Of a stretch of 64,000 nt of DNA, positions 52,101 to 64,000 are shown piece after piece. Below the pieces are notes generated by a model that was given only the letters and a program-made list of their open reading frames with translations, was not told the DNA's origin and made no database searches. The stretch spans positions 238,452,001-238,516,000 of the forward strand of contig NW_027362767.1 of assembly GCF_046119375.1 (NCBI RefSeq), read 5' to 3'. Numbering within the stretch: position 1 is the stretch's first letter; each line of letters opens with the position of its first letter. The translations under genes were made by a program, and so were the position numbers. Origin of the DNA: Phyllobates terribilis (taxonomy: Eukaryota).

Positions 52101-52871
52101 AGATAGAGCTTTTTGGTAAAGCACATCATTCTACTGTTTACTGAAAACAGAATGAGGCCTACAAAGCGAAGAACACAGTACCTACAGTCAAATATGGTAG
52201 AGGATAAAGATATTTTGAGGTTGGTTTGCTGCCTCTGGCACTAGGTTTCTTGACTGTGTGCAAGGCATCATGAAATCTGAAGGCTACCAAAGGATTTTGG
52301 GTCACAATGTAGTGTCCAGTGTCAGAAAGCTGGGTTTGCATCCTAGGTCATGGGTCTTCCAGCAGGACAATGACCCCAAACATACTTCAAGAAGCCCCCA
52401 GAAATGGATGGAAACAAAGCGCTGGAGAGTTCTGAAGTGGCAGCAATGAGTCCGGATCTAAATCCCATTGATCTGTGGAGAGATCTTATAATTGCTGTTG
52501 GGAGAAGACGTCTTCGCATATAAGAGACCTGGAGCAGATTGCAAAAGAAGAGTCCAAGATCCCAGCTGAGAGGTGTAAGAAGCTTGTTTATGGTTCTACT
52601 ATAGGAAGCGATTGATTGTAGTTATTTATTCCAAAAGGTGTGTAATTAAATATTAAGTTGTGGGAGCCAACAATTTTGTCTGGCCCATTTTTGGGGTTTT
52701 GTGTGAAATTAATTCCAATTTCCTCTTTTCTTGTTTTTTTTTGTGTTGTTCTAATACACACAAAGGTAATAACCCTGTGTATAACAAAACGTGTAATTTA
52801 ATAATTTTCTGGGAGAAATACTTAATTTTCTGGAACAATTTCAAGGGTGCCAACACGTTTGGCCATCAAAG
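46184..52871 (+). mobile_element. Degenerate Tc1 element whose left TIR is interrupted by the LTR retrotransposon
   Basis: TA flanks at 46182-46183 and 52872-52873. TIRs ATGGCCGAAAGTGTTGGCACCCTTGAAATTGTTCCAGAAAAT and its reverse complement. Decayed transposase at ~51670-52620 (WTDESKIELFG, FQQDNDPKHTS). Confidence 0.88.
46247..51364 (-). mobile_element. Full-length degenerate Gmr1-like Ty3/gypsy LTR retrotransposon (5118 bp)
   Basis: LTRs 50877-51364 (5') and 46247-46711 (3') with TG...CA ends, 4-bp TSD ACAT, PPT (AGAGGAGTGGGGTA) and a TGG-initiated PBS-like sequence. On the - strand: gag with SCAN-like segment, CWRCHMPGHIAACC zinc knuckle, protease LLDSG, integrase (MDLAGP...TDQG...YHPQTDGLVERFNKTL), RT (AYLDDI), RNase H (QTDASDTGLGAVLSQ, EKECLAIKWAL). 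Multiple frameshifts. Confidence 0.95.
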
Positions 52872-54019
52872 TATCATCTACATAGAGCAAAACGTTTTCT
52901 GTGCTGGAACCCCGGACCTGGCAGACAAGAGAAACAAGCGGCTCCTGACCTTTGAGTAAAGAGTCATCAGATCGTATTAATGAAGCAGCGTCCTGAGGGC
53001 AATATGGGCAAGTCTTGGAGAGACATTGCAGAGCCTTTCTTCTCACTTTTCTCCCATTGCAAGGTGAGGGGCGGCATCAACCTATGTCAGGAGCAGTGAA
53101 AAAGCGAGAGGTTCATCCAACCACGACCTTGGCAGGGAATATTTGTACCTTTCTTGGGCCGTTTGAGAAGACATAGGAACCCTCCCGTTTTCTCCGGCAG
53201 TCCTACTATTCGTATATTGTTTCTCCTTAAATTATTTTTAGGGTTTTATGGCCTCAGGATCCCCCTCCAAGACTCTAATCCAGGAACACACATGGGTGAC
53301 ACCGACAACAGCAGGCATGCATTGATCCGGAGGATGGCGCCCACGAGAGTGCGGAGGAGGAATGGAATGTCTTGGAAGGAAGAAAGGCCGTAGATGCTGA
53401 ACACCGATGGTCAACAGGTAGGAAACAAGAAGGCATCGGCCACAGGGCTCACCAGGGAAACAAGGCTGACTACTTCCAGGGCCACTACGCCGTGTACAGG
53501 GCTCGGGACTTCTGTCAGCCATGGAACCTGCTAATTACTGATCGGTGGGGAGTGCCGGGTGTCCTAAGGACCGGTCATTAATATTAGACAATCCCTTTAA
53601 TAGTGGCTCAGGTTCCTGGTAATTGTAGTTTCTCGGTTCTGTGCACGTACACGCTAAATAAAAGCAGATGTATTTTCCAAAACGAGAAAAAATAAACACC
53701 AAAATAGCAAATATATGTTCCACATAGCTCTGAGTGTAACATTTGTTCATATGATATATGGTGAGAAGAAGTTTGTGAATTATTCAGAAATCCAGGTCAT
53801 GGAAGGAATTTGGAGTATTTTTCCATGATGACGTGAAATACATTAAAAAAGGCCTAAAATAACAACAAGATAGAAATCTGCCTGCAATAGTTTCCCGCTA
53901 CTAGAATAAAAAAGAAGACAAAGTGAGACCAAAACCAAGGTACAAGAGAAAGCCATTACTGAAGGGTGGTCAGGTAATTCAAGCAGCAGAGGACTGAGGC
54001 TCTAGTTGGATATACTAAA

Positions 54020-54311
54020 AGGGAAGCCGTCAGCAGGTCTTTGCTATTTAATCTGACAGCAGCATGATGTAGGGGCAGAGAGCCTGATTACAGCGATGTG
54101 TCACTTAGTTTACTTGGTGAGGCAGTTGTGATGTAATCCCTGTTTTCTCTGCTGCAGATCTAGCCGAGCTCTGAATGCTGAGCTGTGTATAACCCCGCCC
54201 ACATCACTGATTGGCTGCTATCTGTGTACATTGTATATTGACAGAAAGTTGTCAATCCATGGTGGGGATGGGGTTGGACCAAGAGGCACAAGACAACTAG
54301 TCCTGTAATAA
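54020..54311. mobile_element. T2/Kolobok-like MITE fragment (same family at ~12070-12409, ~33660-33860, ~57450-57598)
   Basis: Shared motifs GCAGCAYGATGTAGGGGC(A/T)GAGA..CTGATT..AGCGATG; two of the copies end in CC(C)T followed by TTAA/TTGA. Confidence 0.6.
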
Positions 54312-54950
54312 TCTACTATATAACGGCTTATCCAGTCTGTCTGTCCGTCCAGGAAATCCCAATCAGAGACACGGGATTTCAGAACAAGATGGCGGCCGTT
54401 AGCGGCTCATCTGCCGCACGGAGGTCAGCGGCGATGCAGCCGGGAGATGACCGGTCATCTCCCGGCTGCTCGCAGCAGAAGTACCCCGACCGGCGGCCTA
54501 GGCGGCGCAGCTCCCCGGTCCTCCCTTCACACTTGCCGTTGGGAGATCAGACGGTAGCCGACGGTAGCCGCATGGAGGTTAGCGGCGATGCAGCCGGGAG
54601 ATGACCGGCCACCACTAATCAGCAACGAGCGCAGTCCGGCCGTGAATTGGCGCTGGATTTGAAACATGCTTCGCTGATTGTCGCACCCACCCGGCCGCGA
54701 CCAATCAGCGACATTGGCGCGAAGTTTAAAACACCGCTTCTCTGATTGGTCGCGGCCAGCCGGCTATGACCAATCAGTGACTGGCGCAGCCCAGCCGTGA
54801 ATTGGGCGCCGGATTTGAAACACGCAGGCCACCGTCGGGAGATCAGCGGCGACGCAGCCGGGAGATGACCGGTGCTAGCCGGTCATCTTCTGGCTGCTCG
54901 CAGCAGAAGAACCCCGACCGGCGGCTTCGCTCTCTGGTCCTCCCGACGGA
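54312..54950 (+). mobile_element. Possible non-autonomous Helitron-like element with internal GC-rich duplications
   Basis: Starts A|TCTACTATATAA...GTCTGTCTGTCC, a typical non-autonomous Helitron-like 5' end at an A|T site. GCGGCGAYGCAGCCGGGAGATGACCGG occurs three times. No CTRR 3' end was identified. Confidence 0.4.
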
Positions 54951-55299
54951 GCCTTACAAACCACAATTAGGGGATGAGGGAGCCATACATACCAGGATAT
55001 GGAAATTTAACAGTAGCTGCTGCATTTCCCACCCTAGGCTTATACTCAAGTCAATAAATTTTCCCAGTTTTTTGTTGTAAAATTAGGGGTCTCTGCTTAT
55101 ACTTGGGTCACCGCGCACAAGCAGCATGTGACCCCCGGCTGCAGCTGGCTCTTGCTTCCGCTTATATCACGACTATTTGCGGCTGCAGCCAAGGGGTCTC
55201 CTGTTTCGCGTTCCACGGTGAGTGATGGGCTGTGGGCGGGGTTATCCCTCATCCCGTCACACCTGGCATCCACCGCACGCGCATTCATTGACAGAGCAT

Positions 55300-56332
55300 G
55301 GGGCATTATAAGGGGGGGTGACATCCTGCATGGGGCATTATAAGGGGGGGTGACATCCTGCATGGGGCATTATAAGGGGGGATGACATCCTGCCTGGGGC
55401 ATTATAAGGGGGGTGACATAATGCATGGGGTTTTATAAGGCGGGGGGTGGCATCCTGCATGAGGCATTATAAGGGGAGGTGACATCCTGCATGGGGCATT
55501 ATAAGGGGGAACAGCCTGCGTGGAGCATTATGTGGGTGGAACAGCCTGCATGAAGCATTATATGGGGAGGGGGGACAGCCTGCATGGAGCTTTATATGAG
55601 GGCCAGTTTCCTGTATGGAGCATTTTATGGGGCCCAGTATTTTCTATGGAGCGTTATATGGGGGCCAGTATCCTGTATGGAGCGTTATATGGGGGCCAGT
55701 ATCCCGTGTGGAGCATTATATGGGGGCCAGTATCCTGTGTGGAGCGTTATATGGGGACCAGTATCCTGTATGGAGCATTTTATGGGGCCCAGTATTCTGT
55801 ATGGAGCATTATATGGGGCCCAGTATCCTGTATGGAGCATTTTATGGGGTCCAGTATTCTGTATGGAGCGTTATATGGGGACCAGTATCCTGTATGGAGC
55901 ATTATATGGGGGCCAGTATCCTGTATGGAGCGTTATATGGGGGCCAGTATCCTGTATGGAGCGTTATATGGGGGCCAGTATCCTGTATGGAGCGTTATAT
56001 GGGGGCCAGTATCCTGTATGGAGCGTTATATGGGGGCCAGTATCCTGTATGGAGCATTTTATGGGGGCCAGTAGCGTTATATGGGGGCCAGTATTCCGTA
56101 TGGAGCATTTTATGGGGGCCAGTATACTGTGTGGAGCGATTCGTCGGTTTCTGAGCTATTGTAGAATTTACAATAGATATCACTCATGTAATATAAGAAG
56201 TGAAATCTTCAGCATTGTACTATATATATATATATTTCTTTGCGGTATCTGTGCATCATGAATCATGGTGTGTGTTAAAGGGGCCACTAAGACTCTTTCG
56301 CCCGGGGCCCAGAAAAACCTGAAGTTGCCCTG
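55300..56332. repeat. Two ~31-bp minisatellites (55300-55520; 55600-56110) inside a truncated hAT-type MITE ending ~56332
   Basis: Units AAGGGGGGGTGACATCCTGCATGGGGCATTAT and TATGGAGCGTTATATGGGGGCCAGTATCCTG. Degenerate hAT-like end ...AAAAACCTGAAGTTGCCCTG. Confidence 0.8.
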
Positions 56333-56699
56333 ACCGGGGGCCACTGAAGGGGTAAGTATAATGTTTTTTTTTATTTTTAATTCTCTTTTTTTTTTACTAT
56401 TGATGCTGCATTTAAAGCAGCATAAGTTGGTCACACAATATAAATCCATGCCGGTTGCATGGATTTATATAGTGTGACCAAATTGTCAAGCACTTTCCAA
56501 GTGATGCTCAAAATCGATTGGAAAAGCGTTTGAAAAAAAGTGTGCGGAAATGCAAGTGAAAACGCTTAAACGCTTGTCCCTGGCAGAAAAAAACGCATGT
56601 ACAATCCACATGTATAATCCACATGCGTTTTTTCTACCAGGGAGATGCAGAAACGCTCAGGAAAAATCCAGAGCATTTCTGCATCGTGGGCACATAGCC

Positions 56700-57452
56700 T
56701 TACACATAATTCACCAGATACCAGGAGCAGTGAGGGTCCTGATCACAGGCTACAATCTATGAGGGAATAGGGGGGACATGAAAGGTGGATGGTAACAATT
56801 GCTTGTAATGTACGGGCCGGCCAAGATTATAATAAATAGGGTATTCACGCTGCATGAACCGGTCACCAGCCAGTATCTGTATGGACACAGAGGGCTATGA
56901 AGTGCATGGAGGGTGTGAACAGATGATACGAGGGTTCTGGTTTGGAAGGAAATTTTGTATGGGAGAAACAGGGATAGTTAGATAAGTGAGGTGAGGCGAT
57001 AGGCCAGTGTAAAGAAATGCGTTTTTAGGACACACTTAAAACTGTGAGTGTTTGAGACTAATCAAAGTGTCCTGGGTAGTGCATTCTAGAGAATTGGCGC
57101 AGCTCATGAGAAGTCTTGGAGGTGGGAGTGGGAGGTTCAGACTATGGAGGATGTAAATCTTAGGTCATTAGCAGAACGGTGGGCATGGGTAGGGTGGTAG
57201 ACTGAGACGAGGGAGGAGATGTAGGGCAGTGCTGAAGCATGGAGCGCTTTGTGGGTGAGAATGATGAGTTTGTATTGAACTCTGTAGCGGATGGGTAACC
57301 AGTACAATGGCTGGCACAGGGAAGAGGCATCGGTGTAGCTGCTGAACAGGAATATGATCCTGGCTGCTGCATTCAGGACGGACTGGAGAGGGGAGAGTTT
57401 AGTAAGAGGGAAACAGATTAGTAGAGAGTGGCAATAGTCCAGACGAGAATGA
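56700..57452 (-). mobile_element. L2-clade LINE 3' fragment
   Basis: SRLDYCHSLL...LQSVLNAAARIIF...LYWLPIRYRVQYKL (ORF 57137-57499). Confidence 0.8.
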
Positions 57453-57935
57453 TAATATCCTGCTGATATAACACTGATTTCATTGAAACACCAAAACACA
57501 GCCCAGTAAGTGACACATCGCTGGAACCAGGGTCTCAGCCCCTACATCATGCTGCTCTCAGATTACATAACAAAAACCTGCAAACAGATTTCCTTTAAAG
57601 GGGAAAATCACCTAATAATCTATCTAAAATATTCATACATCCACAAATTTACTAAATTATGAGACTGCAAAATCTATTTACTCAAGGCTCAGAGATCTCA
57701 CCATTACAGACTCCGCAAACCCCATCACATGACGATGTTTTTGGCCGGACTTCATTTTGTGATCCCAATGTGTGGTCAAGAATTTCTACTAAAATTCTCA
57801 ATCATTGGAGGGTCTGCGTTCGATTCATCACGTAGCAAGAATTGAGGCTTATGTATCATATTGGGGAAATATTTCACAAGGACATGGCTGGGAAAGTACA
57901 GCTTCCTGGAGAGGAGCATTAGGGGTCAGACAACA

Positions 57936-57972
57936 TATATAAAAGTGAAGGTCTTAAGCTACAAATTCATTC
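57936..57972 (+). promoter_or_regulatory. TATA box plus initiator of the ficolin gene
   Basis: TATATAAAAG at 57936-57945 and TCATTC Inr at 57967-57972 (A is 31 nt from TATAAAA), ~55 nt before the ATG. Confidence 0.6.
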
Positions 57973-58024
57973 TGAAGATTTTGGGGGGACTTCTGGAAGA
58001 CGGATCTAAACTCTTGAGGTCATC

Positions 58025-59273
58025 ATGTGTGTCCCGGTACTACTTTTGCTTGGAATAGTTTGTGGGCTCTGTAGCAGCGATCAGTCCTGTCCGGGTAAGT
58101 TTTATTTTTATATACATATGTATATATATATATACACATTTATATTTAATTTTTACATTTATGTGCCCTGCCTACACATTATAATTTTTGGAAAATCATC
58201 CCAATATGGTTAAAGGAAGAAATGCAGCAATTTTTGCTAAATCATAGAAGGAAAAAAACTGCAATCACATTGTGTGAACACAGCTGTAATTACACATATC
58301 ATGTCTATTACATATTTGCACTATTATAGTTTATATATTTTTGTAAAAAAAAAAATTCTTACAGAAGTGAAAGTTATAGGGATTGGAGAATCGGATAAAT
58401 TGTCAATTCTTCGAGGTTGCCCTGGTCATACTGGTCTTCCCGGTCAAAAAGGAGATATTGGGGCACCAGGAGAGAAAGGTTGGTACCAAGAGAATAACTA
58501 ATACAGTTTATGGGTTGTGTATGTTAGTCCCTATAGTCTAGTTCCCAATGAATATCTATTGAATATTTTCTAACATTTGATCTAAACCCTTTAAATTGAC
58601 TATATATGTGCATACCTGCCATACAGTGAGCCCATGTGGCTTCTACCGGGCCCAAGATTGATCTTCTCTCCTTTTTAATGAATGTCGAGACCTTTCACAG
58701 GGATGTGATGGTGTCAAGTAAAAACTAAAATGGGCTACATTTTTATCTTTGCTATGGGGCCACACTTCACTGTGTATAAATCTATTGCTTTTTTAACTTT
58801 CCAGGAGAAATGGGGGATGTAGGGAGTCCAGGAATGGCAGGATATCAAGGAAACAAAGGTGAGTCAAGAACTGTGTACCTCCATACAGCATCGGGCCAGG
58901 CCTCTGTTGAGTACATGATGCCTAATTAAAGGAGCCACCAGGAACAAAAAAGAGGGAAGAAACGGTTAGAGAATCAGCATTGCCAAGAAGCCTGGGCGAC
59001 TCTGTGACAAAATGATGACCCCATAGCTGCTAACATGGCTGCTGTCATATGGACATAGTCACTAAAGGATGAAGGGTGGCGCACAGAGATAGAAGAAGAA
59101 GCTTTGATATTTCAGGAAACATCTAACTTACGTATTTATGGCCACTGTTGTAGCAAACCTGGAAAGTTATGGGAGATATTGAATAAAAACTTTTCTTATA
59201 AAGTTTCTTATGCATTTATATCTTTTTCTTTTAGGAGAGAAAGGGGAAAGTGCTGTTATTGACCCAGTATTCA
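58025..59273 (+). CDS. Ficolin family lectin (FCN1/FCN2-like), 5' partial: signal peptide, N-terminal Cys region, collagen domain
   Basis: Exons 58025-58094, 58365-58478 (114 nt), 58805-58858 (54 nt), 59235-59273: [92 protein letters not shown]. The CPEVK..G...SDKL.ILRGCPG ficolin signature is present. Fibrinogen exons were not found in the window and the paralog cannot be assigned. Confidence 0.88.
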
Positions 59274-60409
59274 GTAAGTTAAATATCTAAATGATAATTG
59301 AATGTCTTCTGCTGCTCCAAATTTGTCTAAAATACTAGTCATTAAGCAACAACAGAATAAAAACAAAAAAATATTGATTTTGGAAAATAGACACAAGGAA
59401 TTCCTCCCTTTAGTCTATTTGTAATATTTCCCAAGTTGACCATGTATGCCTCCAAATTTAGGGTATGAGCACAGCACGTCATTGTCTTTTTTTAGGCGGA
59501 TTCCTCCTGGATCCAACCTAAAAAAAAGAGCTAAAAACAAGTAAAAAAATAATAACATATGCACAGCAATGTCAAAACGACTTGCTGTACCCATGTTCCG
59601 TCTTTTGTCACTTCTTTTAAATGCTTTAGGTTTCGGAAGCTGTGAAGCAACTAAAAAAGAAATGGCCGGTCGATTTTTCACTATATTATACACGGAATTA
59701 AACAAAAAATTGTCTGCTTTAGCCAATCTCTTCTTATCAGAAGGATTCTTACGACAGTAAGTTGATCACACAGTGAAGGAATCTCTCAGCAAGTGTTCTA
59801 CTCCCCCACAGCACTCCCACAGGGGAAATGAAGTATTGCACTCTGGTCTTATTTTACTTTGGGGTTTGTCTGTGTGCTATAGAAAAAGCAAAAGTGGTGG
59901 GAGTATATTGCCCACTTGTAAATATAGTTATCTTACTCTGTTAGATCAGATATAGCAATAGTGAGAATTAAACTAAGATTTAACTTTTAATAGTTCAAAC
60001 ATAAAACCAAAGTGCCGCCTAAAAAGAGGGTAGGCACAACACTTTAGGTATAAGTCACCTTTTGTACAATATGGAGATCTAACCTCTCTTATTAAAATCA
60101 AGTAAAGAATGATCCGACCTACCCTGAAGTAAGGAGGTCAAGATCATAAATCCTAGGAGTTGTCGTGGAGAAGGTTGGACACTGGAGGGCACCCACATTT
60201 AGAAGACAGTATCTCATGGCATGTACATTTATAGCATTTATAGGACAATTAATCGTGTAGCTCTAGCTGTTACTATTCCAGTTTCCACTGATATCAGAGG
60301 TCAAGTACTGACAGTGGTCAGATTAGGTCCAACAGAACAGATTAGGACACACACATCAGACCATGCCAAATGTCCAAGCGCAAAAGCTCAAACCAGTGCA
60401 TGGTACATA

Positions 60410-62057
60410 CAGTCATATGAAAAAGTTTGGGCACCCCTATTAATCTTAAGCTTAATGTTTTATAAAAATTGGTGTTTTTGCAACAGCTATTTCAGTTTGA
60501 TATATGTAATAACTGTTGGACACAGTAATGTTTCTGCCTTGAAATGAGGTTTATTGTGCTAACAGAAAATGTGCAATCTGCATTCAAACAAAATTTGACC
60601 GGTGCATAAGTATGGGCACCCTTATCATTTTCTTGTTTTAAATACTCCTGCCTACTTTTTACTGACTTACTAAAGCACTTTTTTGGGTTTTGTAACCTCA
60701 TTGAGCTTTGAACTTTATAGCCAGGTGTATGCAATCATGAGAAAAGCTACTTAAAGTGGCCACTTGCAAGTTGTTCTCCTGTTTGAATCTCCTCTGAAGA
60801 GTGGCATCATGGGCTCCTCAAAACAACTGTCAAATGATCTGAAAACAAAGATTATTCAACATAGTTGTTCAGGGGAAGGATACAAAAAGCTGTCTCAGAG
60901 ATTTAACCTGTCAGTTTCCACTGTGAGGAACATAGTAAGGAAATGGAAGAACATAGGGACAGTTCTTGTTAAGGCCAGAAGTGTCAGGACAAGAAAAACA
61001 TCAGAAAGGCAGAGAAGAAGAATGGTGAGATCAGTCAAGGACAATCCTCAGACCACCTCCAGAGAGCTGCAGCATCAACTTGCTGCAGATGGTGTCACTG
61101 TGCATCGGTCAACTATACAACGCACTTTGCACAAGGAGAAGCTGTATGGGAGAGTGATGCGAAAGAAGCCGTTTCTGCAAGTACGCACAAACAGAGTCGG
61201 CTGAGGTATGCAAAAGCACATTTGAAGAAGCCTATTTGTTTTTGGAAGAAGGTCCTGTGGACTGATGAAACCAAGATTGAGTTGTTTGGTCATACAAAAA
61301 GGCGTTATGCATGGTGGCAAAAAAACATAGCATTCCAAGAAAAACACTTGCTACCCACAGTAAAATTTGGTGGAGGTTCCATCATGCTTTGGGGCTGTGT
61401 GGTCAATGCCGGCACTGGGAATCTTGTTAAAGTTGAGGGACGCATGGATTCCACTCAGTATCAGCAGATTCTTGGCAATAGTGTTCAAGAATCAGTGATA
61501 AAGTTGAAGTTACGCAGTGGATGGATCTTTCAGCAAGACAATGATCCAAAACACCGCTCCAAATCTACTCAGGCATTCATGCAGAGGAACAATTACAATG
61601 TTCTGGAATGGCCATCCCAGTCCCCAGACCTGAATATCATTGAACATCTGTGGGATCATTTGAAGAGGCTGTCCATGCTCGGCGACCATCAAACTTAACT
61701 GAACTGGAATTGTTTTGTAAAGAGGAATGGTCAAAAATACCTTCATCCAGGATCCAGGAACTCATTAAAAGCTACAGGAAGCGACTAGAGGCTGTTATTT
61801 TTGCAAAAGGAGGATCTACTAAATATTAATGTCACTTTTCTGGTGAGGTGCCCATACTTATGCACCTGTCAAATTTTGTTTGAATGCAGATTGCACATTT
61901 TCTGTTAGTACAATAAACCTCATTTCAAGGCAGAAACATTACTGTATCCAACAGTTATTACATATATCAAACTGAAATAGCTGTTGCAAAAACACCAATT
62001 TTTATAAAACATTAAGCTTAAGATTAATAGGGGTGCCCAAACTTTTTCATATGACTG
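60410..62057 (+). mobile_element. Near-intact Tc1 (DD34E) transposon, 1648 bp, in the presumed ficolin intron 4
   Basis: TA TSDs at 60408-60409 and 62058-62059; near-identical ~210-bp TIRs CAGTCATATGAAAAAGTTTGGGCACCCC. Transposase from ATG 60809 to TAA ~61830 (MGSSKQLSNDLKTKI...WTDETKIELFG...FQQDNDPKH...SPDLNIIEHLW) broken by two frameshifts (~61185, ~61670). Confidence 0.95.
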
Positions 62058-62206
62058 TAATATAACTCAGAACACACAATGGTTAGAAATAATGTGGAAT
62101 GTTCTAACCCATTCTGTGTTCTTCATTCCAGGTGGGGGGTGCACTTCATCCTGGTAAAACTCATCCAGGAGAAAAAAAAAAGGGGTTGCAGTCTAGCCCT
62201 ATAGGG

Positions 62207-64000
62207 CAGGGATGTCAAACTCAAACACACATAGGGCCAAAATGAAAAACTTAGACAAAGTCGTGGGCCAACCAGTATACAGAATAATGGACCACACATG
62301 GTCCTCCATACAGAATAATGGCCCCACATAATCCTCCTTACAGAATAATGGCCCCCACATAGTCCTCCATACAGAATAATGGCCCCACATAATCCTCCGT
62401 ACAGAATAATGGGCCCCACATAGTCCTCTGTACAGAATAATGGGCCCACAAAATCCTCCGTACAGAATAAGGGGCCCCACATAGTCCTCTGTACAGAATA
62501 ATGGGCCCCACATAGTGCTCCATACAGTATAATGGCCCCACATAGTTCTCCATACAGTATAATGGGCCCCACATAGTCCTCCATACAGTATAATGGCCCC
62601 ATATAGTTCTCCATACAGTATAATGGGCCCCACATAATCCCCCATACAGTATAATGGCCCCACATAGTCCTCCATACGGTATAATGGCCCCACATAGTTC
62701 TCCATACAGTATAATGGGCCCCACATAGTTCTCCATACAATATAATGGGCCCCACATAATCGTCCATACAGTATAATGGGCCCCACATAGTGCTCCATAC
62801 AGTATAACAGGTACCACATACAGTATTCCTCCATACAGTATAATGGCCCCACATAGTCCTCCATACAGTATAATGGGTACCACATAGTCCTCCATACAGT
62901 ATAATGGCCCCACATAATCCTCCATACAGTATAATGGCCCTACATAGTGCTCCATACAGTATAATGAGTACTACATAGTCCTCCATACAGAATAATGGCC
63001 CCACATAGTCCTCCATACAGAATAATGGGCACCACATAGTCCTCCATACAGTATAATGGGTACCACATAGTCCTCCATACAGTATAATGGGCCCCACATA
63101 GTCTTCCATACAGTATAATGGCCCACATAGTCCTCCATACAGAATAATGGGCCCCACATAGTCCTCCATACAGTATAATGGGCCCCACATAGTCCTCCAA
63201 ACAGTATAATGGCCCCACATAGTCCTCCATACAGTATAATGGGCCCCACATAGTCCTCCATACAGTATAATGGGCCCCACATAGTCCCCCATACAGTATA
63301 ATGGGCCCCACATAGTCCTCCATACAGTATAATGGGCCCCAAATAATGCTCCATAAAGAATAATGGGCCCCACATAGTCCTCCATACAGTATAATGGCCT
63401 CCACATAGTCCTCCATACAGTATAATGGGCCCCAAAAAGTCCTCCATACAGTATAATGGCCCCACATAGTCCTCCATACAGTATAATGGGTACCACATAG
63501 TCTTCCATACAGAATAATGGCCCCACATAGTCCTCCATACAGTATAATGGGCCCCACATAGTCCTCCATACAGTATAATGGCCCCACATAGTCCTCCATA
63601 CAGTATAATGGGCACCACATAGTCCTCCATACAGTATAATGGGTACCACATAGTCCTCCATACAGTATAATGGGCCCCACATAGTCTTCCATACAGTATA
63701 ATGGCCCACATAGTCCTCCATACAGAATAATGGGCCCCACATAGTCCTCCATACAGTATAATGGGCCCCACATAGTCCTCCAAACAGTATAATGGCCCCA
63801 CATAGTCCTCCATACAGTATAATGGGCCCCACATAGTCCTCCATACAGTATAATGGGCCCCACATAGTCCCCCATACAGTATAATGGGCCCCACATAGTC
63901 CTCCATACAGTATAATGGGCCCCAAATAATGCTCCATAAAGAATAATGGGCCCCACATAGTCCTCCATACAGTATAATGGCCTCCACATAGTCCTCCATA
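62207..64000. mobile_element. hAT-type MITE (left TIR CAGGGATGTCAAAC) filled by a 31-32-bp minisatellite (CATACAGTATAATGG(G)CCCCACATAGTCCTC) running off the window end
   Basis: TIR at 62207; tandem array from ~62270 to 64000. It produces the repetitive minus-strand ORFs. Confidence 0.8.

Noticed and set aside
53150-53530. GC-richer stretch with short ORFs between the Tc1 and the MITEs
   Set aside because: No recognisable domain, splice pattern or terminal structure, so it could not be classified.
62123-63999. 611-aa and related hydrophobic ORFs (apparent membrane proteins)
   Set aside because: Translations of the 31-32-bp minisatellite; the same applies to 55520-56261.
59274-64000. Ficolin fibrinogen-domain exons
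   Set aside because: No ARNCKEL/VYCDM/GEFWLG-type coding segments were found in this interval; presumed to lie beyond the window.

Overview
Vertebrate genomic DNA, almost certainly an anuran (frog/toad; inferred from the Xenopus-like WDR45 protein and the amphibian-type Tc1/hAT/T2/Harbinger MITE landscape). Five intron-containing genes were reconstructed by hand from splice sites: WDR45/WIPI4 (+, 8749-15409, 10 coding exons, 355 aa); LAGE3/Pcc1 (-, 26419-17826, 3 exons, 90 aa), which is not recognisable as a gene in the ORF track and whose first intron is a 7.6 kb U12-type (minor spliceosome) intron; RIBC1 (+, 31349-33998, 7 coding exons, 379 aa); HSD17B10 (+, 36807-44170, 6 exons, 260 aa); and the 5' part of a ficolin gene (+, from 58025; the fibrinogen-domain exons are not in the window). 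The rest is repeat-rich. It holds an 8.4 kb 50-bp satellite with higher-order structure abutting the WDR45 promoter, about seven minisatellites (several inside hAT-type MITEs), a full-length degenerate Gmr1-like Ty3/gypsy LTR element (PR-IN-RT-RH order, SCAN-like gag) inserted into a Tc1 TIR, two more Tc1 copies (one near-intact), L2 fragments and multi-level nested MITEs with readable target-site duplications. There is no CRISPR array or prokaryotic system, and the very long ORFs in the track are tandem-repeat artefacts. I found no convincing wholly new biological system. The best leads are the hidden LAGE3 gene with its TE-filled U12 intron, the Gmr1/SCAN element, the minisatellite-carrying hAT MITEs and the motif-derived minisatellite near the RIBC1 start.
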